Origin: Octopus vulgaris
Lineage: Eukaryota
Assembly: GCA_951406725.2 (NCBI GenBank)
Contig: OX597820.1
Location: forward strand, 30,380,001-30,444,000
DNA length: 64,000 bases
Direction of reading: 5' to 3'
Part shown: positions 61,590-64,000 of the stretch, one piece after another
Layout of the letters: the number at the start of each line of letters is the position of its first letter
How positions within the stretch are numbered: the first letter of the stretch is position 1
The notes under the pieces: model-generated
What the model saw: the letters and a program-made list of their open reading frames with translations, nothing else
Told to the model about the DNA's origin: nothing
Database searches by the model: none
Made by a program: the position numbers and the translations under genes

Positions 61590-63050
61590 GTTAATCATCC
61601 AGTCGTAAATGTATTCACACTGGAGAAAAACTCTAACACTATGATAAGCTATTTTCACTCTATGAAAAACTATAACACACTGATTAGCACACCGGGCGAA
61701 ATGCTTAGCAGTATTTCGTCTGCCGCTACGTTCTGAGTTCAAATTCCGCCGAGGTCTACTTTGCCTTTCATCCTTTCGGGGTCGATTAAATAAGTACCAG
61801 TTACGCACTGGGGTCGATGTAATCGACTTAATCCGTTTGTTTGTCCTCTCTGTGTTTAGCCCCTTGTGGGTAGTAAAGAAATAGGTATTTTGTCTGCCAC
61901 TACGGTTTGAGTTCAAATTCCGCCCAATTCAACTTTGCCTTTCATTCTTTCAGGGCCGATAAATTAAATACCAGTCATGCACTGGAGTCGATGTAATCGA
62001 CTCAATCCGTTTGTCTGTCTCCTCTATGTTTAGCCCCTTGTGGGCAATAAAGAAATAAGAAAAACAATACCATTTTGATGTTTGTGGTAAAACATTTTTC
62101 TGACAATAGTGAGTTCTCCCACCACAAACGTATTCATGCGGACCTGATGCGTGTAGTAAAAGCCTTTATTTGCAAGAATGTGCTTTTTTGTTACAAATAT
62201 ATCTACAGAGAAAGAAAATTCTGTGAGTGCGGCATCTGTGATAAAGCATTTTTTAGTAATAGTGAGCTATCTTGCCTCAAAGATAATCACAGAGAGATAG
62301 AGAATCCATACGGCCATGTTATCTGTGGTAAAACCTTATCTCATTGCAGTAATTTAATTTTTCTACAAACGTATTCCCATGGAAGAAAAAAAAATGTGAT
62401 TGTGAAGTTTGCGGTGTTATGTAGGGAGAATTTGCCATCTTTGTTGTAGTGGTGACTTGCTGGTGTATGTTGTTAAAGATCATCGTTGTGTGGTCGCCGA
62501 TCTAAGCTGGCTGTGCGTATAATAAATGAAGCAAACTCATGAACTTTTAACTTATTTATTGATGGAAATGAATTACTGTATTGCTATCTAGAAAAGAAAA
62601 ACTGCTGGCTGGGATAACAGCCGCGTTGCGTCTCGTTAAAGGCTAACTCTGGTACATTGTGAGTGAGTATTTCACATGGCCTCTTGCCCAAAGTGGTCTG
62701 CCTGAATGAAGTGCCAAATTGTTTTAATAGGGTGAAATGGGAGAGAATTTTAGATCATCAGTGAAGCAATATCACACCACAGCTTCATGCTGAAAACTGT
62801 AATGGCTTACTTGTGATCCCAAACTGAATATTTTGTGGTTGGAGTGTGAACCCCTACAGTGGTAAGGCTTTTTCTAACAACAGTGAATTTTTCTTTTGCG
62901 AACTTATTCATATGAGAGAAACCTTGATACTAGATGCCTGTGATGATTCATTTTTAGCAACAGTGAGCTAGCTAAACAAATATATTCATATAGGAGAGAA
63001 AACATACATCTGTGATGTTTCTGAGAAAGCATTTTCAGAAAGTAATTTAT
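61590..63050 (+). pseudogene. Degenerate C2H2 ZF pseudogene fragments
   Basis: IHTGEK at ~61613; YHFDVCGKTF..HHKRIH (62068-62140); CGICDKAFFSNSELS; further HIGEKTYICDV at ~62985-63020. Confidence 0.75.
61684..62062 (+). mobile_element. SINE family B, tandem body, inside ZF pseudogene
   Basis: Same structure as 41495-41895. Confidence 0.85.
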
Positions 63051-64000
63051 TGTGCTAAAATGCTTAACTGCTAAATCTCCTTCAAATTACACTAGTCTTA
63101 ATAAAGAAAGACATATCAGAAAATGTACTAGACAACCTTGAAATTATGTGATGGTCTTGGCTGGAAAACCTTGGATCAGAGATTTTCTTGATCAAGATTA
63201 ATCTCAGGCTAAGTAATGACAACTATAGGAACTAGGATCTAATGATCCAACAAGGAAGCCTATGTCTTGTAGCTGCTAGAAATCTCAACTAAATCCCCTA
63301 AATCATACCCTATCATCTTTAAAGAAAGAACACATTGGATAGCATAGTTTTAGATAAGCCTTGTCTGAAAAAAGATGGGATGATCACCATCTGAAGGGCT
63401 TTGGTCATATGTTTTAGGGATAAATAATTAGCAAAGTCCTAGATGCACTATGTCAGAAAGAAAGAAGAGATGAGAACTGGAATACCTTTGATCATAAGAT
63501 CTGCTTGATCAGTTCTGACCAGGGACTAAACAACCATACTACAGTGTTATCTTGGATTAAACATTTTCTGGAAACAGAGTTTTATCTCCCTACACTTGAC
63601 TAGAAAGCCATAACACTTATGCTGTCCCTTTTCAAACAGTCACAAAAACAAGATATATATTACTGTAACTGTTGAAAAATATTTCCTTTCATTTCTTCTA
63701 TTGTATTGTCACATTTCTCTGTTCTTTCTTTTTTTTTTTTTTTGCAACTTATTTGCAGAGAAATGATGCAATTGACATATGTAGTCAAAATTTTATGTGA
63801 AAATATTTTGTTGTGGCAAAAGTCATTGACACCTCTGGTGGATTGGAGAATGGACTAGCTGAACTCCTATAAAGAGTAGTAGTTGGAGAGAGCGTTTTTG
63901 TAGTCTTGCTAAGTACATCATGTGAACACGTTGATTAAACTTCCGTTGCATAATTTATTTACACCAACCTGTGGCAGGATATAAAAGTGGCGATGAGAAT

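Overview
AT-rich eukaryotic DNA, most likely from a coleoid cephalopod (Octopus-like). This is inferred from the SINE families and the dense cluster of KRAB-less C2H2 zinc-finger genes whose CDS sits in one exon. The window holds two long intact ZF genes (11436-13283, 20473-22239), two shorter or truncated ones on the minus strand, and two ZF pseudogenes, among many SINEs, MITEs and LINE/LTR relics. Three things stand out. (i) Two tandem Tx1-clade LINE derivatives lack the endonuclease; the second is bracketed by U2 snRNA 5'-end sequence, suggesting a U2 target site at nt 1-15. (ii) A 5-kb cassette of two internally deleted R2-A retrotransposons, still carrying their 28S rDNA target flanks, interrupts the 3' UTR of ZF gene 2, far from any rDNA array. 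(iii) An intact Merlin/IS1595-type transposase ORF has its first catalytic Asp replaced by Gly and no visible TIRs; it lies near young GG-terminated MITEs with 8-bp TSDs. All calls were made by eye, with no database searches; repeat boundaries are approximate.
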